64,000 bases of DNA from contig MU058213.1 of NCBI GenBank assembly GCA_013265495.1, forward strand, positions 434,001 through 498,000, read 5' to 3'. The notes under the pieces are model-generated. The model saw nothing but the letters and a program-made list of their open reading frames with translations. It made no database searches and was not told where the DNA came from. Positions 51,746 through 64,000 of this stretch are shown here, one piece after another. The DNA comes from Vicugna vicugna (lineage: Eukaryota). The position numbers and the translations under genes were made by a program. Numbering within the stretch: the first letter of the stretch is position 1; each line of letters begins with the position of its first letter.

Positions 51746-51827
51746 TTTTTTAATGGAGGTACTGGGATTGAACCCAGGACCTCATGCATGCTAAGCATGG
51801 GCTCTGCCACTGAGCTATACCGTCCCC
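51746..51827 (-). mobile_element. tRNA-derived SINE (Vic-1-like), minus strand
   Basis: Reverse complement of the same SINE body (TGGAGGTACTGGGATTGAACCCAGGACCTCATGCATGCTAAGCATG..CCACTGAGCTATAC). Confidence 0.85.
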
Positions 51828-52659
51828 TGCCCCAGTCAATAAATGTTTTTAAATTTTTAAAATAATAATATAAGGAAGGATAAGTAGAGATTACATCATA
51901 TCATAACTCTATTCTTTATAGAAGTCTTTGGTGTACCTAGTATTTAAAACCAGAATTTAATTCTTATTTAATTCCATTTAGGACATGGCTCTTGTTCATC
52001 CACTCACATCCGCTGAAGTTGGCCTCTGCGTGACAGTAGGAGAGCCTAATAGCTGACAGAGCTGGGAAATTATTCTCCCTATGCTACTGTGTTACACTTT
52101 ACAATTTTAACATTAACATTTTAAATGCTATTAAAACAATAATTTAAATTTTGGCATAAAAATTTAGGTTTATTCGTGTATACTTAGAAGTTTATTTTTT
52201 GCTAGTAATATTTGTGAGCAAGCTTGGCTTCACAAATTTAAATTCTTAGCCCTTTGGCATTGGGCTGAAATGTGTATTTAGTGCACCTCCAGTGGAGGCA
52301 CAATAGGGTATGGAAATCTGAGGGTCAGCAAAATGAATCCAAGCTGATGGCATTAGGGAAGTTTGAGTGAGAAACAGGCATTTGAGACGAACAGTGAACC
52401 ATGAGGAAGCTTCTAACAAGCAGAAGTGGGGTGATAGGAAAGGATATTTCAAGCTAAAGTGCTTGCTTGAATCCCTTCTATAAAATTGTATGCCCCAGCT
52501 ATGGTGTTTGTCTTCTCTGATTCCTACCTCCCACTGCTTTAACCAACTCAAAGCTCCCAGGAATGAAATCTTTAACTTGTAGTTAAAACTTCATGTCTTT
52601 AGCTTAAGTTTTCTCAGCTGTCTTAATAAAATACATTAAAAATGAGACAAATTAATTTA

Positions 52660-52920
52660 TTTGCAAAACAGAAACAGACTCACAGACAGAAAACAAACTT
52701 ATGGTTACCAGGGGGAAATGGTGCGGGCAGGGATAAATTGGGAGTTTGGGATTTGTGGATACTAACTACTATATATAAAACAGATAAGCAACAAGGTCTT
52801 ACTGTATAGCACAGGGAACTATATTCAATATCTTGTAATAGCCTATAATGGAAAAGAATATGAAGAGGAAAATATATATGTATAATTGAATCACTACCAA
52901 CTATACTTCAATAAAAATTT
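52660..52920 (+). mobile_element. L1 3'-end fragment (cetartiodactyl type)
   Basis: AAACAGACTCACAGAC..AAACTTATGGTTACCAGGGGG..CTGTATAGCACAGGGAACTATATTCAATATCTTG..TATACTTCAATAAAAA. Confidence 0.8.
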
Positions 52921-54069
52921 TTAATACATTAAAAACTACTTAAGTATATCAGGGAAACTATTTCCTAAAGGAATCCTTTGATAATAAGAAAATTGCTGCA
53001 GGCATTAATTTGAAAATGATGATTCAGTGTGACATGCTTTATGAGTTACTCTGGATGGAAGTTTAAAGATAACATTAATTAGGGCTCATAATACATTCAG
53101 TAAAGTTACTGTGTCGTTTTATCAATCACTTTCCCTCTAACCAAATCCTGAAAATTAGCAGGAAGCATACTCTGTTCCTTATTTCAAATATTTTACCTAA
53201 CAGTCGATTTCTTCTCTCTTGTATGTTAAACAAACTATTTTCCATTACTTGGAGTGGGATTGAATGCGTGTGTGGAGGGGTGCCACACCACTTCTATTTC
53301 GGATGATCGCCTTTCACGGAGTAGGCAGTACAATGGTCAGCTTGGCTGGGCCAGTCTCTAGTCACGAACAAACCTAAATCTCAGTCTACTTCCTGCTCAC
53401 ATTACATGTTAGCACCTGTGTTTGGCCGAGGCTCTGATTCCATTTCTCATTCTAAGACCCAGGCAGAAGGACCAGAGACTCTGTTTGGGACATGACTTTC
53501 TCTCTTGGTCGAAGGAAAGAGTAAGCACACGAGTGAGAAATGACACCCTTAAAGCCTCCACTCAAAGCTGCCGTGTTGTCACTTCCACTCACATTTTATT
53601 GGCCAAAGCAAATACTTGTAAGCTTTGCGATTACAGTATGACAACACTTGTGTGAAGAAAGAAGGAAAAGAAGCCTAAAAATGCCTACAGGGAGGCACTG
53701 CAAGTCACATAACAGTGGGTAGGGCTGTCTTTTCCTCTACAGGAGAGCACATATTTGGGGACAATATTCCAGTCCACTACAGGCATTTAGTGGATTAACA
53801 TTTTCACTTATTTACATACATATAATTTTCTGATTTTGCCTTTTTTTCTCTTCCAGAATTGTGTTCTTCTAACCATAAGCTAATAAAGGCAACCTATAAA
53901 GGATAGTGCTTTTAAAAGAGAGCTCTGTGTCCATTTCGGGTTGAGTTTCACTAGATTTTGTCCTGTCACAGCTGGCATTTATATCCACATCAGGACACTG
54001 ACTGATATAACGTGAACCCTGTGGTTCTGTGTCTCAAAATGAGTGCAGGAGGGGGAGGGAAGGATCCAA

Positions 54070-54620
54070 TATTCATTTATTTACAAATATTTATTTAATA
54101 CCTACTGTATGTCAGGCACTGTGGAGATGCTAGGGAGAGAGGGGTAAACAGTGCAAACTCCTTGAGCTCACGTTAGGTAAATAAGCAAGATGTTCGGTCA
54201 CTACTGAGCCCTACAGGTGCTTCATAGCACTACAAGTGCTAGGAAGACTAAGGAAAGAGAAGAAAGACAGGGTAAGATGATCAGAGAAGGCCTTTTCAGA
54301 GGTGACATTTGAACAGACCCTTCATAAAAATGAGGACAAGGGCTATGATTCTTTGGGAGGGAAGACTTCCATGTAGTGGAAAGATCTTGAAGTGAGAATA
54401 TACTTGGCAGGACTGAGAAACCTCAGGGAGACTATTGTAACTAAAGTAGAGAGAGAGGATGTGTGGTAGAAAAAAATATTGATATAAGGACTCGTAGGGT
54501 GGTAGTTTTGAATTGTATTGGAATGTGATGGGAAGCCATCAGTGGTTTGGAGCAGGAGGGTGACATGATCTGATTTGTTTTAAAAAATCATCCTGGGTGC
54601 TGGTATAGAGAATAGATGTA
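54070..54620 (-). mobile_element. L2 LINE fragment
   Basis: ATTCATTTATTTACAAATATTTATTTAATACCTACTGTATGTCAGGCACTGTG...; L2 antisense pattern. Confidence 0.65.
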
Positions 54621-56754
54621 GTTAGAGAAAGGAAGCAATGAGGAGGATTCTTTTTTTTTTTTAAGTTTTATCCAATACTAGGTTGTTAGTCTTAACACTT
54701 CTGGTTCCATACGTGGTATTTAATGTACATGTGTTTAAGAGATTCATATTTATAAGTCTTGTGATTGCAATATGATAACATTTGTCTGAAGAAAGGGAAA
54801 GAATCCATTATCAAATCACTTTATTTTCAAAAAAGGAACTAGAATAAGGTAAAGGCATTTGTTAGGACAAACTTAAAATGAAGAGCTAAAAAAAAGAAAA
54901 TGCATTTAATGTATACCTAATGCCTTATATTGGAAGATCAAGGAGGAAACGTGTAATAGTTTAAATCAGTCAGACATTGAATTTAAAAGCCCTCTCTGCC
55001 TAAAGAACAAAGCAGAAGAAGCCACAATCCTGCAAAAGAAAGTCCATCTTAAAATAAACCATACCTGGGTAGCCATGGTTCTCTGCTTTGCTTTTTCAGG
55101 AAATCTGTTTTGTCAGTTTCCCCAGGAGTGATGTCCCAGAGGTATAGCAGGAGATCACAAGAGACTGTTGGTTAGCCACAATACTTATACATTAACTTAT
55201 AATGAAATACAGAACTATCAAATAAATCCAGATAGTCAGCTCATTGCGTCAGAGAACCATCTCCCTGGACTGTCAGAGAATTTTTTTTAATGCACCTTGA
55301 ATTTGGTCACAGATTATCTTACTTTAAAGAATTTGATGAGATTTAGGAGACACATCAGTCTGACCAACAGTGGGAAGCATGCTAGAATTTGAGTCAGGCT
55401 ACCTGTACTTCATTTCTGGATCTCCGATCATTGGTTGCATGATATTGTGCCGATTACTTAACTTTCCTGAGTCTTAGTTTTCTCATCTGTAGAAGTGAAG
55501 CATACTAATGTATTCTTTGTAGGGTTATTTATAGAGGATTGGATTAGAGATTATAAATGGAGTGCTGGCACAGTTCTTGGTGTGGGTGAAGTATTCAATA
55601 AATATTAGTTGAACCTGAATTCTGCATTCTGAATTCTGTAGGTAATTGCTTTCAGCTGTTATCTCCAAGAGTATCTGAGAAATTGATTCACACTAAGATG
55701 CTATAAAAAAATAAGATACAAGCACAGATTTAATGTTAACTGTCTTCTAAGAGTATTTGCATTTAGGAGGTGTTCCCCCCCCAAAAAAAACCCTCCAAAT
55801 CATCAGTGATCTTTATTGCTGGAATTAGTGGATGCTAATTGCATGAAATTCCAGGATATTTACCTAGGTTGCTCCCTCCTCTGAGGGGAAGAAGTAAATG
55901 CCATTAGAGTCTTAACCATTAGTCGGCTCCCACACTGGGTGTAGCTGGAATGTATCTTAAGCAGGCACTTCAGTCCTATCTGGCTGTGTCTTTGAGAAGG
56001 TATATCAAAGCTGAGCATTACTTCGGGGAATGCTTCATTCCTGAAGAACAGGCCAGGAAAATTATCGGAGAGTGATTTAATGAACGGGAGTACATCGCTG
56101 TTTCCTCTCCTCAGAGCCCTGGACAAAAGGCAGCCATTTCATAGGCCACCCTAGGACCGTCCCCTCAGGTATTCCCGCTGTCCTTGTCTTCGCCCCCAGA
56201 GCACTCATCTGCCCCAGCTCCCCCTTTTCAGCAGCGCTTCTATTTTTTTCTCGCAGCTCCACCGCCTGGTGTACAGCTTTTAGCTGGAATGCGAGGATGG
56301 GGTGGGGGTGGAAACCGCCGGGTAACACAGGGACGACGGCTGTGACATCAACCCTGGTTGCAAAACCAAGGAGATCACTGGGGTCACTACACCCGTGAGG
56401 TGACGTGACATCCTCCTGATTTATTTCCCTCTTGTGCCTTGGCCTTTATTTGTTTCCTTTGCTATCAGTTTTTTTAATGACAAGTTTAAAGGGTTCGGTG
56501 TCATGTCCTCACATTAGCAATCAAGGGTACAAGTCCTGCCATCTGTGCTTCGTGACTGAAAAGTCAAAGTAAAGAGGAAATCTACAGTAAGGAGCCTCCA
56601 GCTGCTGTTTATAGCTCCCAAAGGGTCGAAGGTAGATACTTCCACGAGTCAAGAGTGTTTTCTCAGGCTGCAGAAAGGCTTGGTATCCGCAGCCGCTTCC
56701 AACCTGCAGATGGAAAGGACCAGGGTCTGCGCCCAGCCGCGCCCTCCTCGCTGA

Positions 56755-56774
56755 AACTACGACTCCCAGGATGC
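56755..56774 (+). promoter_or_regulatory. ZNF143/THAP11-type promoter motif (ACTAYRnnnCCCR / SBS)
   Basis: AACTACGACTCCCAGGATGC fits RACTACRnnTCCCAGnATGC. Confidence 0.75.
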
Positions 56775-56790
56775 TCGCGCGGTCTGAGAG

Positions 56791-56802
56791 TGCGCACGCG
56801 CG
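56791..56802 (+). promoter_or_regulatory. NRF1 binding motif
   Basis: TGCGCACGCGCG fits YGCGCAYGCGCR, just upstream of the presumed TSS. Confidence 0.65.
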
Positions 56803-59800
56803 TCGCTGACGGAGTGGGAACCAGCGCCGTGGAGTTGGGGGAGCCGCTGGCGGGTGGATCCGACAACTCCCTGGGAGGCGCACGCAGGCAGACGGGCGGG
56901 TACTGGGAACCGAGCGGCAGGCCGTCCCCGCGGGTCTCTGAAGGAGGTCGCTGGCCCCAGCGGGCGTCAGTCAGGTAAGCCCAGCCCGGTGCTTTCCAGG
57001 AAGTCCGTCTGCGGGCGCGGGCTCGGAGTCGCACCGGCCATGGTGGCTGAGGAGGGAGAGGTTGCTGCCTTCCAGCCGCCCGGCTCCGACCTCCTTCAGT
57101 CCCTCTCTGGGAGCGAGGGGAGGCTGGGGGCTGCTTCGGGGCGGACCCGCCCGGGTAGGAGCCGTGGGACGCGCTGGGCGTCGCCCGCGGTGGAGGCGCG
57201 CGAACCCCGAGTTGCTGATGAATCACTCGGGGGCCCGGCCTCGCCGGGTTCGGGACCGGCCCCTTCCCCTCCCGCCTGGAGCCCGCGCGGGCCGCGGCCG
57301 TGCGAGCTCGCGGTGCCTGCTCGCCCCTTCCACCCGACTGAGGCGTAGCTTGGGGGACTATCGTCTGAAAGGCTTTTTTTCACCAAGACTCCTTCAAAGG
57401 CTTCTGCTTAGTGAAAGTTGGAAAAAAGAGGAAGAAAAAAGTACGGCACACCCTTTTTTTAAAAATTGAAATCTGGCTTGTCTTGCGTTTGCTGTTCTGA
57501 TCTATCTGCTCTTAGAATAAAGTCCTGGCTCCCGCGCAGCACAGCTGGATCCGGCTGTGAAGTCTGCATGTTGGTTTGTTTTGAGGACGTGACTAGGTCG
57601 TTATATTTTTGCTTACAAAAGTTGGTGTTTCCTCTGCAAGCCTGCGTTCCGATTACAAACAAGTGAGAAACAGCCGTAGGGTTTTTTTGTTTTGTTTTCT
57701 GGGGTTTTGTTTGTTTGTTTTTAGGGGTTTTTTTTTCTGTGTTTAGTTAAGAATCGCATTTCCAGCTTGCCCTTGGCTTCTCTTAAAACCAAAAGTCATC
57801 TCGCAATGAACACTGCAGTAAAACTTATCCCAGGAGGTCGTACTTGAACAGGAAATAAGCCTATGGAGATTTAAGTTAGTTATGTGCGGTCTTTCTTGGT
57901 TTGTAACATTTTTCAAGCAGCCCTTGTTTCTCTGAGAATCCTTCAGATTAATTTTTCAGCGGGTTTAGTTGATTAATTAATTGGCCTGTCCCAATATATA
58001 TTTGGCTTAGAAAAATAATTTTGTTCAGCCTCAATTACCTTTGCTAGTCTCTCCTTCCTAGTCCTAGGCATCTTTTTACTCTATCACTTAAGAGCCCACA
58101 GTCATTTTATTAGAATACTTAGAATCGCCTTTCTAATACATTCCTAGGAAAGGAAGAAAAATAATTAAAATGTGAGATCCAGTATATTTTAACTCTTTCA
58201 GCTTGCTTGCTTTTGAGCCTCCAGGATTTCTAGTTTGCTTATATTTAAGATGAGGTGGTTTGATCAGATGACCCCAGGAATGTCAGGCCTAAATATCTGA
58301 TTTTTAAAATTCATTTATTTTATTCATTTGGGAAACATCGGCCACGTCTGTCACTCCAAGCCCTGTGCTAGGCATGAAGAAACAAAAATGAGTTCTTGAG
58401 GATGACAATTTCGTTTAATCATGTTGTATGACTCATTCCAAAGTTTTGTGGTGGTCCCTCAAGGCCAGATTACCTGGTAATGAATAACTTCACCTAAAGT
58501 TAAATATACATACAGGTCAAATCCCATTACAATGATCGAGTTTCCTCTAATCAGAGATTTTTCAAGTCTCAGCTATTGCTTATTTAAATAAAGCACAGGT
58601 TCACACAACAGAAAGGGTTTAAATGGTGTAGGGTGGTGCTTCTTAAACTTTAGCATCCATAAATCACCCAGAATCTAGTAGGTTTGAAGTGGGGCCCTGG
58701 AATCTGTAGGTCAGACGGGGAATGCTGCGGTTGCGGTGGGAGACCATGCTTTGACTATCAAGGGTTGGAAGATGTTTTAAGGTGTTTATAATGAGCAGTT
58801 TAAAGACCAGTGCTGATTGCTGTGATGTGAGAAGGATAGCGATGACTTTCTCCAACTCTTTAATTTAAAAAACTAATCCTACTCTCTCTAAAAAAATCAT
58901 TTCCTTCACAAGTTTTCTCCTTTTCTTTTTTTCTCCTCTTTTGCTCCGTTTCTTCTCCTTTCTCTTTACTGAATCCTCTCAGCCTTTTTTTTTCTCTTCT
59001 CCTCTTCTACCCTGTACTGTTTTCATTCAATTAATTCAGTAATTCACTAATTTAACATGTATTTTGCCCCATCATGCACGAGACATTCTTAGGCTTGTGG
59101 TGAATACAGATATCAAAGACATTTTTTTTTGTCTAGGAGCTCACTGTCTGTGAGATTCAGCTTCTTGATAGTTCAGAGCACTGTAAGAATTGTCTATAGG
59201 GAATGAAATCATGCGGTAGGAGTTCAGGGGGAGAGATCTACAGTTATTAGGGGTGGGAAACAACTGAAGTCATCTTTTTTGCACTCAGCGGTCATCTGTT
59301 TCCTCCAGGCTATATCCTCTATACTGTCTGAGTGTGTATATGACATAGCTGCATAGAATACAGTAGAATTTCATGTATTTATTTATTTGGAACCCGGTAT
59401 GAGCTGGGTATATGAAAATCTGAGCAGAATCCTAGGGAGGGTGAAGGGTGGTGGGGATGAAAATAGACCTGGACAGAGATGTAGAGGAGGACTCAGTAAA
59501 ACAGTAGAAAAGGGCTGAGTGGTTTTCACGTGTCACTGCTCCTGTTAATTAGGCTGCATTATCTTTGGAAGATCAAATGAGCTGGCAAATTATTCTTCAT
59601 GCTTTTCAGTTGCTCTTAAATTTAAATATGTTTGGCTGTCTCTTGATTAAAATAGTTGAGAGCATTGTTCTTTAGGCTGCAGTAGTGGCCAACACACCGT
59701 TGTCCTTCCTAGCTGGCATTCGATTTACATGCCTTACTTACTCTCAGTCAGTTTTATCTGAGACCCTCTAAAGTGACAACTATAAAATCGTATGGAGAGG

Positions 59801-60079
59801 AATATGGCATAGAAGACAGAAAATTCTCCTGGACTTCTCACAGTCCATTAAGTATGTACTGAAACTCTAAAGAAGCAAGCTTGGTTTACTGTTTATGAAA
59901 AATTAAGCATAAACACATATATCTACCTATGTGCATCTGTTAGGTGATTTACAATAATGAAGGCATAGAGATGTAAGTAATTAAAAGCGGCAAGTAATTG
60001 AACATGTATGTGTGATATGCTGGAATTTCATTGGAAACAATCATTTGTATTTTGAAGCAGAGTGCTACTTTGTATTTTT

Positions 60080-61990
60080 TTATTGAGATATAATTAATAT
60101 TCAATGAAATGCACATATCTTAGGTGTCCAGTCTAAGGTGTTCTAACAATTTTATACACTGTAACTTCTACCAAAATGAAATAGAAAATATTTTTATCAC
60201 CATAGAAAGTTCTCTCGTGCCCCTTTCCAGCCATTTCCCTCACCCACCCTCCAAAGGCAGCCACTTTCTTACTCCGTATTTCTGACACTGTAGGTTTGTT
60301 TTGCCTAGTTTTGAACTTGACATAAATGAGCCACGCAGTAGTCTGTGCTTTTCGTGTCTGGCTTCTTTCCTATAACAGTGTTTCTGAGATTAGTCTGTGT
60401 TGTGTGTATCAGTGGTGTGTTTTTATCAGTGGTTTGTTCTCCTTTATTGATGAATAGTATTCAGTTGTATGAATATACCCTAATTTGGTTGTTGTTTGTG
60501 TGTGTGTGTGTGTGTGTTTTGCTTTTTTTTAGGACACAATTAAAGTTTGCTTTAAATGTTTTTTGGGGGGAGAGGACATACTTCTACTCAATTAAGAGAA
60601 ACATTTGTACCATCCAGGTTTTTTGTTTTCTTTACACCTGTCATGCCATGAATTCATAGGGAATGGGTTCCAAAAGTACAGCTCCTTTGCATCTGTTCTC
60701 AGGAAGTGCGCTTCTCTGGGTGGAGCAGGCTGGCGCTTCAGCTGAACCCACGTATCTTTTTCTTTGGCTTCCTTCCTTTTCTGATCATTTTCCTTCGCAT
60801 GTATTAGGAAGTTATCTCTGCTCTTAGACTGCTTCATGTGCTCCGTATGCACATTATCTCTTGGCAAGAATCTTGCCCTTCATTGTTTACAATAATGCCA
60901 ACAGTGTGCAGGGTAACATGGTAGACTCTTCCAATTTCACCATGGGAACATTTGTGGGGCAGTCTTTTCTGAACAGGGCCCATTTCCTTGATGTCTACAA
61001 TATCACTTGTCTTGTAGAGTCATGTGTATGTGGCCAAATGAACAACTCCATGTTTTCTAAAAGGCCTAGAGGACATATTTGTGTTGGTGATTTTGGTGAA
61101 TTACTGAAGATGACAGCTCCAGCCAAAAGGAAGCCCAATTTGTTTATCTTTTTTCCCTCTTGATGGATATTTGGGCTACTTCCAGATTTGAGCTACTAGG
61201 AATAAGGTTGTTATAGACATTCTTTTACACGTCTCTTGTGGATAAATGTTTTTATTTCACCTAGGAGTGGAATTACTGAGTCACAGGGTAAGATGTATGT
61301 TGAACTTTATTTAAAAATTGCCAGTTCACCAAAGTGGTTCATATGAGTTCCAGTTGCTCCACATTTTTAATGTTGCCAAATTTTAGTGCTGTCAGCCTTT
61401 TTTTATTTTTGCCATATTGGAGGATGTAAAATGGTACCTCATTATGGTTTTAATTTGCATTTTCCTGATGATTAAGGATATTGAATACTTTGTCATGTGC
61501 TAATTGGCTAAATTGTTTTTTTATGAAGCATCTATTCGAGTCTTGTACATATTTTTTCATTGGGTGGTTCATTTTTTTATTGTTTGTGGGAGTTTTTATG
61601 AATTTGAATACAAGTACTTTGCCTGATATATGTGCTGCCAGTATTTTTTACCCAGTCTTTGGCTTTTCTGCTTACTTTCTTAATGATGTTGTGATGAGCA
61701 GAAATGTTTTATGGAATCCATTTTATCAATTTTTAATTTTGTGGTTAGTGTTCTTTATGCCTATCCCCAGGGTTGCAAAGATGTTCTCTGTTTTTTTTCT
61801 TAAAAGCTTTCCTGTTCCAGGTTTTACATTTTAGATCTGTGATCCATCTCAAATTAATTTTTGTGTTATGATGGGAGATGGGGGTGTTAGGTTTATTTTC
61901 CCTCCATACAGATATCTAGTTTTTCCAGCAACACATGTTAAAAAAAACTTTCTCCAGTAGATTGGCTTGTCAACTTAATTGAAAATCAGC
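60080..61990 (-). mobile_element. L1M(B)-type fragment, minus strand, interrupted by the RPL21 retrocopy
   Basis: Antisense L1 3' text on both sides of the pseudogene that is contiguous once the insert is removed. Confidence 0.7.
60491..61133 (-). pseudogene. RPL21: Processed RPL21 (60S ribosomal protein L21) pseudogene
   Basis: Minus-strand translation [41 protein letters not shown] matches RPL21. Intronless; pyrimidine 5' start; start codon decayed to ATC (61089-61091); 5' deletion and frameshifts; stop at 60641-60643; decayed poly(A); approximate TSD ccctaatttggtt / cccaatttgttt. Confidence 0.95.
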
Positions 61991-63139
61991 TGAGCTACTT
62001 TATATTTCAGTTGTGCTTATACTGTCAGTTTCTTAAGATCTTAGATCTTTAAAACAAGCAAAACAACAGCTTTTATGTACCTCTTCCATACTACTAGATT
62101 GAGATTGATCCAGAGCTGGTTACCATGTATTTCCTGATGAATAAGCTAATGATGTATTTGAATTTTAAATGGCTTTTCTATGGGTTGAGTTAATGGAGGC
62201 AACGTCATTTCAGTAGCAGTTGCAGCCTGAGCAAGTTATAGAGAGCTTATTATTTTTTTGTATATTGATTTGGTCAAAATAGATGTAAATATATATACAT
62301 GTATATGTATAAGCCATGCATTTTAGTTTTCATCTTTTTACTACACTACTCCAGTTCAGTCCTTTTTGACACTCAATTCCTGAATTTGTCTTAGAACAAT
62401 TTCTAAGGAGACAAGTCAGTTCTTTTTTCTTCCAGATTTTATTGATTGACAACACAATAAAATGATAACATTATTTTTAAAAGAAGTTCACCTTAACCAT
62501 ATTACTCTAATGACACTGTTTCATTTTTCATTTCCTGCCAGGCTTTGCTCATCCACATACATATTTTTATATGGCTGTAATCACAATGTACATGTCCTTT
62601 TCTGTGGTAACCGGTGAGCGCTGTCTTCTGTACGTGGGTCACCTTTGTCATTAAAGTCAAATAAGGCTAGAGATGGAGATGAGACCACTAGGGGACTTAG
62701 TGGGAAATCTTGAATTCAAAGTTTAATTGAAATAGAAGCAGAACAAAGTTAAGATTTTCAAAGACAGAGTTATACTTTATGAAAATGCAGGACAATTTTG
62801 GGTTTTTTGTTATTTCTCTCTTTTTAATGTATAATAGCTTTATTGAAATATACTTTAAATACCATACAATTCACCCATTTAAAGTGTACAAGACAATGGA
62901 TTTCAGTATATTCACAGAATTGTGCAGCCATCACCACAATTCATTTTAGAACATTTTCATCACACCACAAAAAAAAATCCCTTTCCCTTTAGTAGTCACT
63001 GCCCACTTCCTCCCAGCACCCCCAGCCATAGGCAGCCATTCTGCCTTCTGTCTCTATGAATTTGCCTATTCTGAACATTTCATATAAATCATACAATACA
63101 TAGTCTTTTGTTACTGACTTCTTTTGCCCTTATACTCTT

Positions 63140-63233
63140 TTTTTTTTTTTGAGAATATAAGAGGGGTTTATTAGGGTACAACTCTGCTGTAGGCAACAGC
63201 GGACCACACAGATGGGAGGTGCCTGTGTGAGCC
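63140..63233 (-). mobile_element. Short polyadenylated retroposed insert with a perfect 15-bp TSD
   Basis: TSD TGCCCTTATACTCTT (63125-63139 / 63234-63248), T11 at 63140-63150, minus-strand AATAAA at 63167-63172. Confidence 0.85.
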
Positions 63234-63260
63234 TGCCCTTATACTCTTAATAGTTCTTTG

Positions 63261-63318
63261 TTTTCTTTTCTTTTCTTTTCTTTTCTTTTCTTTTCTTTTC
63301 TTTTCTTTTCTTTTCTTT

Positions 63319-63362
<44 letters not shown>

Positions 63363-63365
63363 TTT
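63261..63365 (+). repeat. (TTTTC)n / (TTTC)n compound microsatellite
   Basis: Direct reading. Confidence 0.95.
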
Positions 63366-64000
63366 GTAAGGATTGTATTTTATTCTCAACTGGTATTTTT
63401 GTTGCCTTTAAGAACTTTGCATCTAGACAAATTGTCTTTCTTTTTTTTTTGTTTTACTTTTTTTATTGAAGTATAGTCAGTTTACAATGTTGTGTCAATT
63501 TCTGGTGATTAGTTCTTTTTGAGAATCATTGAAATACAGGTTAGGTTCCTCCACCCATGTGCGTACTTTTTGACCTGTAGAGATACACTCCCTCAGGTAT
63601 GTATACTCAAACACCTACACCTACTTGCTAAGGAAGAAACACAAACACACCAAGACAAGCTTACAAACTAAGATAACTGATACACAAAGATAACCCTTTA
63701 CAAGTAAACGGTTTCACATCTGGGCATATCTAAGCACTGATATCACTACAAGACACACAAGTGAACACAATTCCTGACGTGTTTGTGAGAAAATGGGTGA
63801 AAATGTGCTAAGCTGGGAGGAAATGAGGCCTGAGTGGACAAGAGTGAATGAGAGCGTGGTGGCAAATTGGGTTTATTTCTAAAGCATTCTCCTGGGGTTT
63901 AAAACACTTACTAGAGCTTATAGTTTTTTAAGCCAGGAGCAATTGTCTGATATGTATGTATTATTTCATATGTATATAGACTTGTGGGTAAGATTGTTGT

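Larger units (their letters stand above)
56680..57350 (+). promoter_or_regulatory. TMOD3: CpG-island promoter and non-coding exon 1, most likely TMOD3 (exon ends 56974)
   Basis: CpG-rich with a strong donor CAG|GTAAGC (GT 56975-56976). TMOD3 lies directly downstream of TMOD2 on the same strand in mammals; no coding exon in the window confirms it. Confidence 0.7.

Noticed and set aside
56521..57469. Several 100-190-aa ORFs on both strands
   Set aside because: Same CpG-island artefact; the region has promoter motifs and a first-exon donor instead.
60592..60867. 91-aa RPL21-like ORF as a functional retrogene
   Set aside because: Start codon lost, 5' deletion, frameshifts and many substitutions in a normally highly conserved protein.

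Overview
Mammalian genomic DNA, probably a camelid (inferred from the tRNA-Ala-derived Vic-1-type SINEs and cetartiodactyl-type L1 3' ends). The window holds essentially the whole tropomodulin-2 gene (TMOD2, + strand): a 5' CpG island at 1-530 and nine coding exons between 11894 and 41365. All are GT-AG, sum to 1056 nt (351 aa + stop) and read MALPFQKELEKYKNIDEDELL...VRKKRVEGDRR. A ~7.8 kb 3' UTR probably ends near 49.1-49.2 kb. It is followed by a CpG-island promoter and non-coding first exon that is most likely TMOD3 (synteny inference; no TMOD3 coding exon is in the window), whose first intron carries a processed RPL21 pseudogene. The rest is typical interspersed repeat (L1, L2, CR1/L3, MIR, MLT, MER, SINE). 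The most striking unexplained structure is in the TMOD2 3' UTR (~44165-45175): three diverged ~360-nt tandem modules, each keeping a Pumilio element (UGUAHAUA), a 10-bp stem-loop GCCAAAUAYY-loop-GGUAUUUGGC and a second short hairpin, an architecture reminiscent of the NORAD lncRNA. Other observations are an in-frame uORF, a strong in-frame cryptic donor in exon 6, a possible intron starting at the stop codon, a templated inverted duplication in intron 5 and a young 94-nt retroposed insertion with a perfect 15-bp target-site duplication. Repeat family names are recognised from memory, not from a database search.
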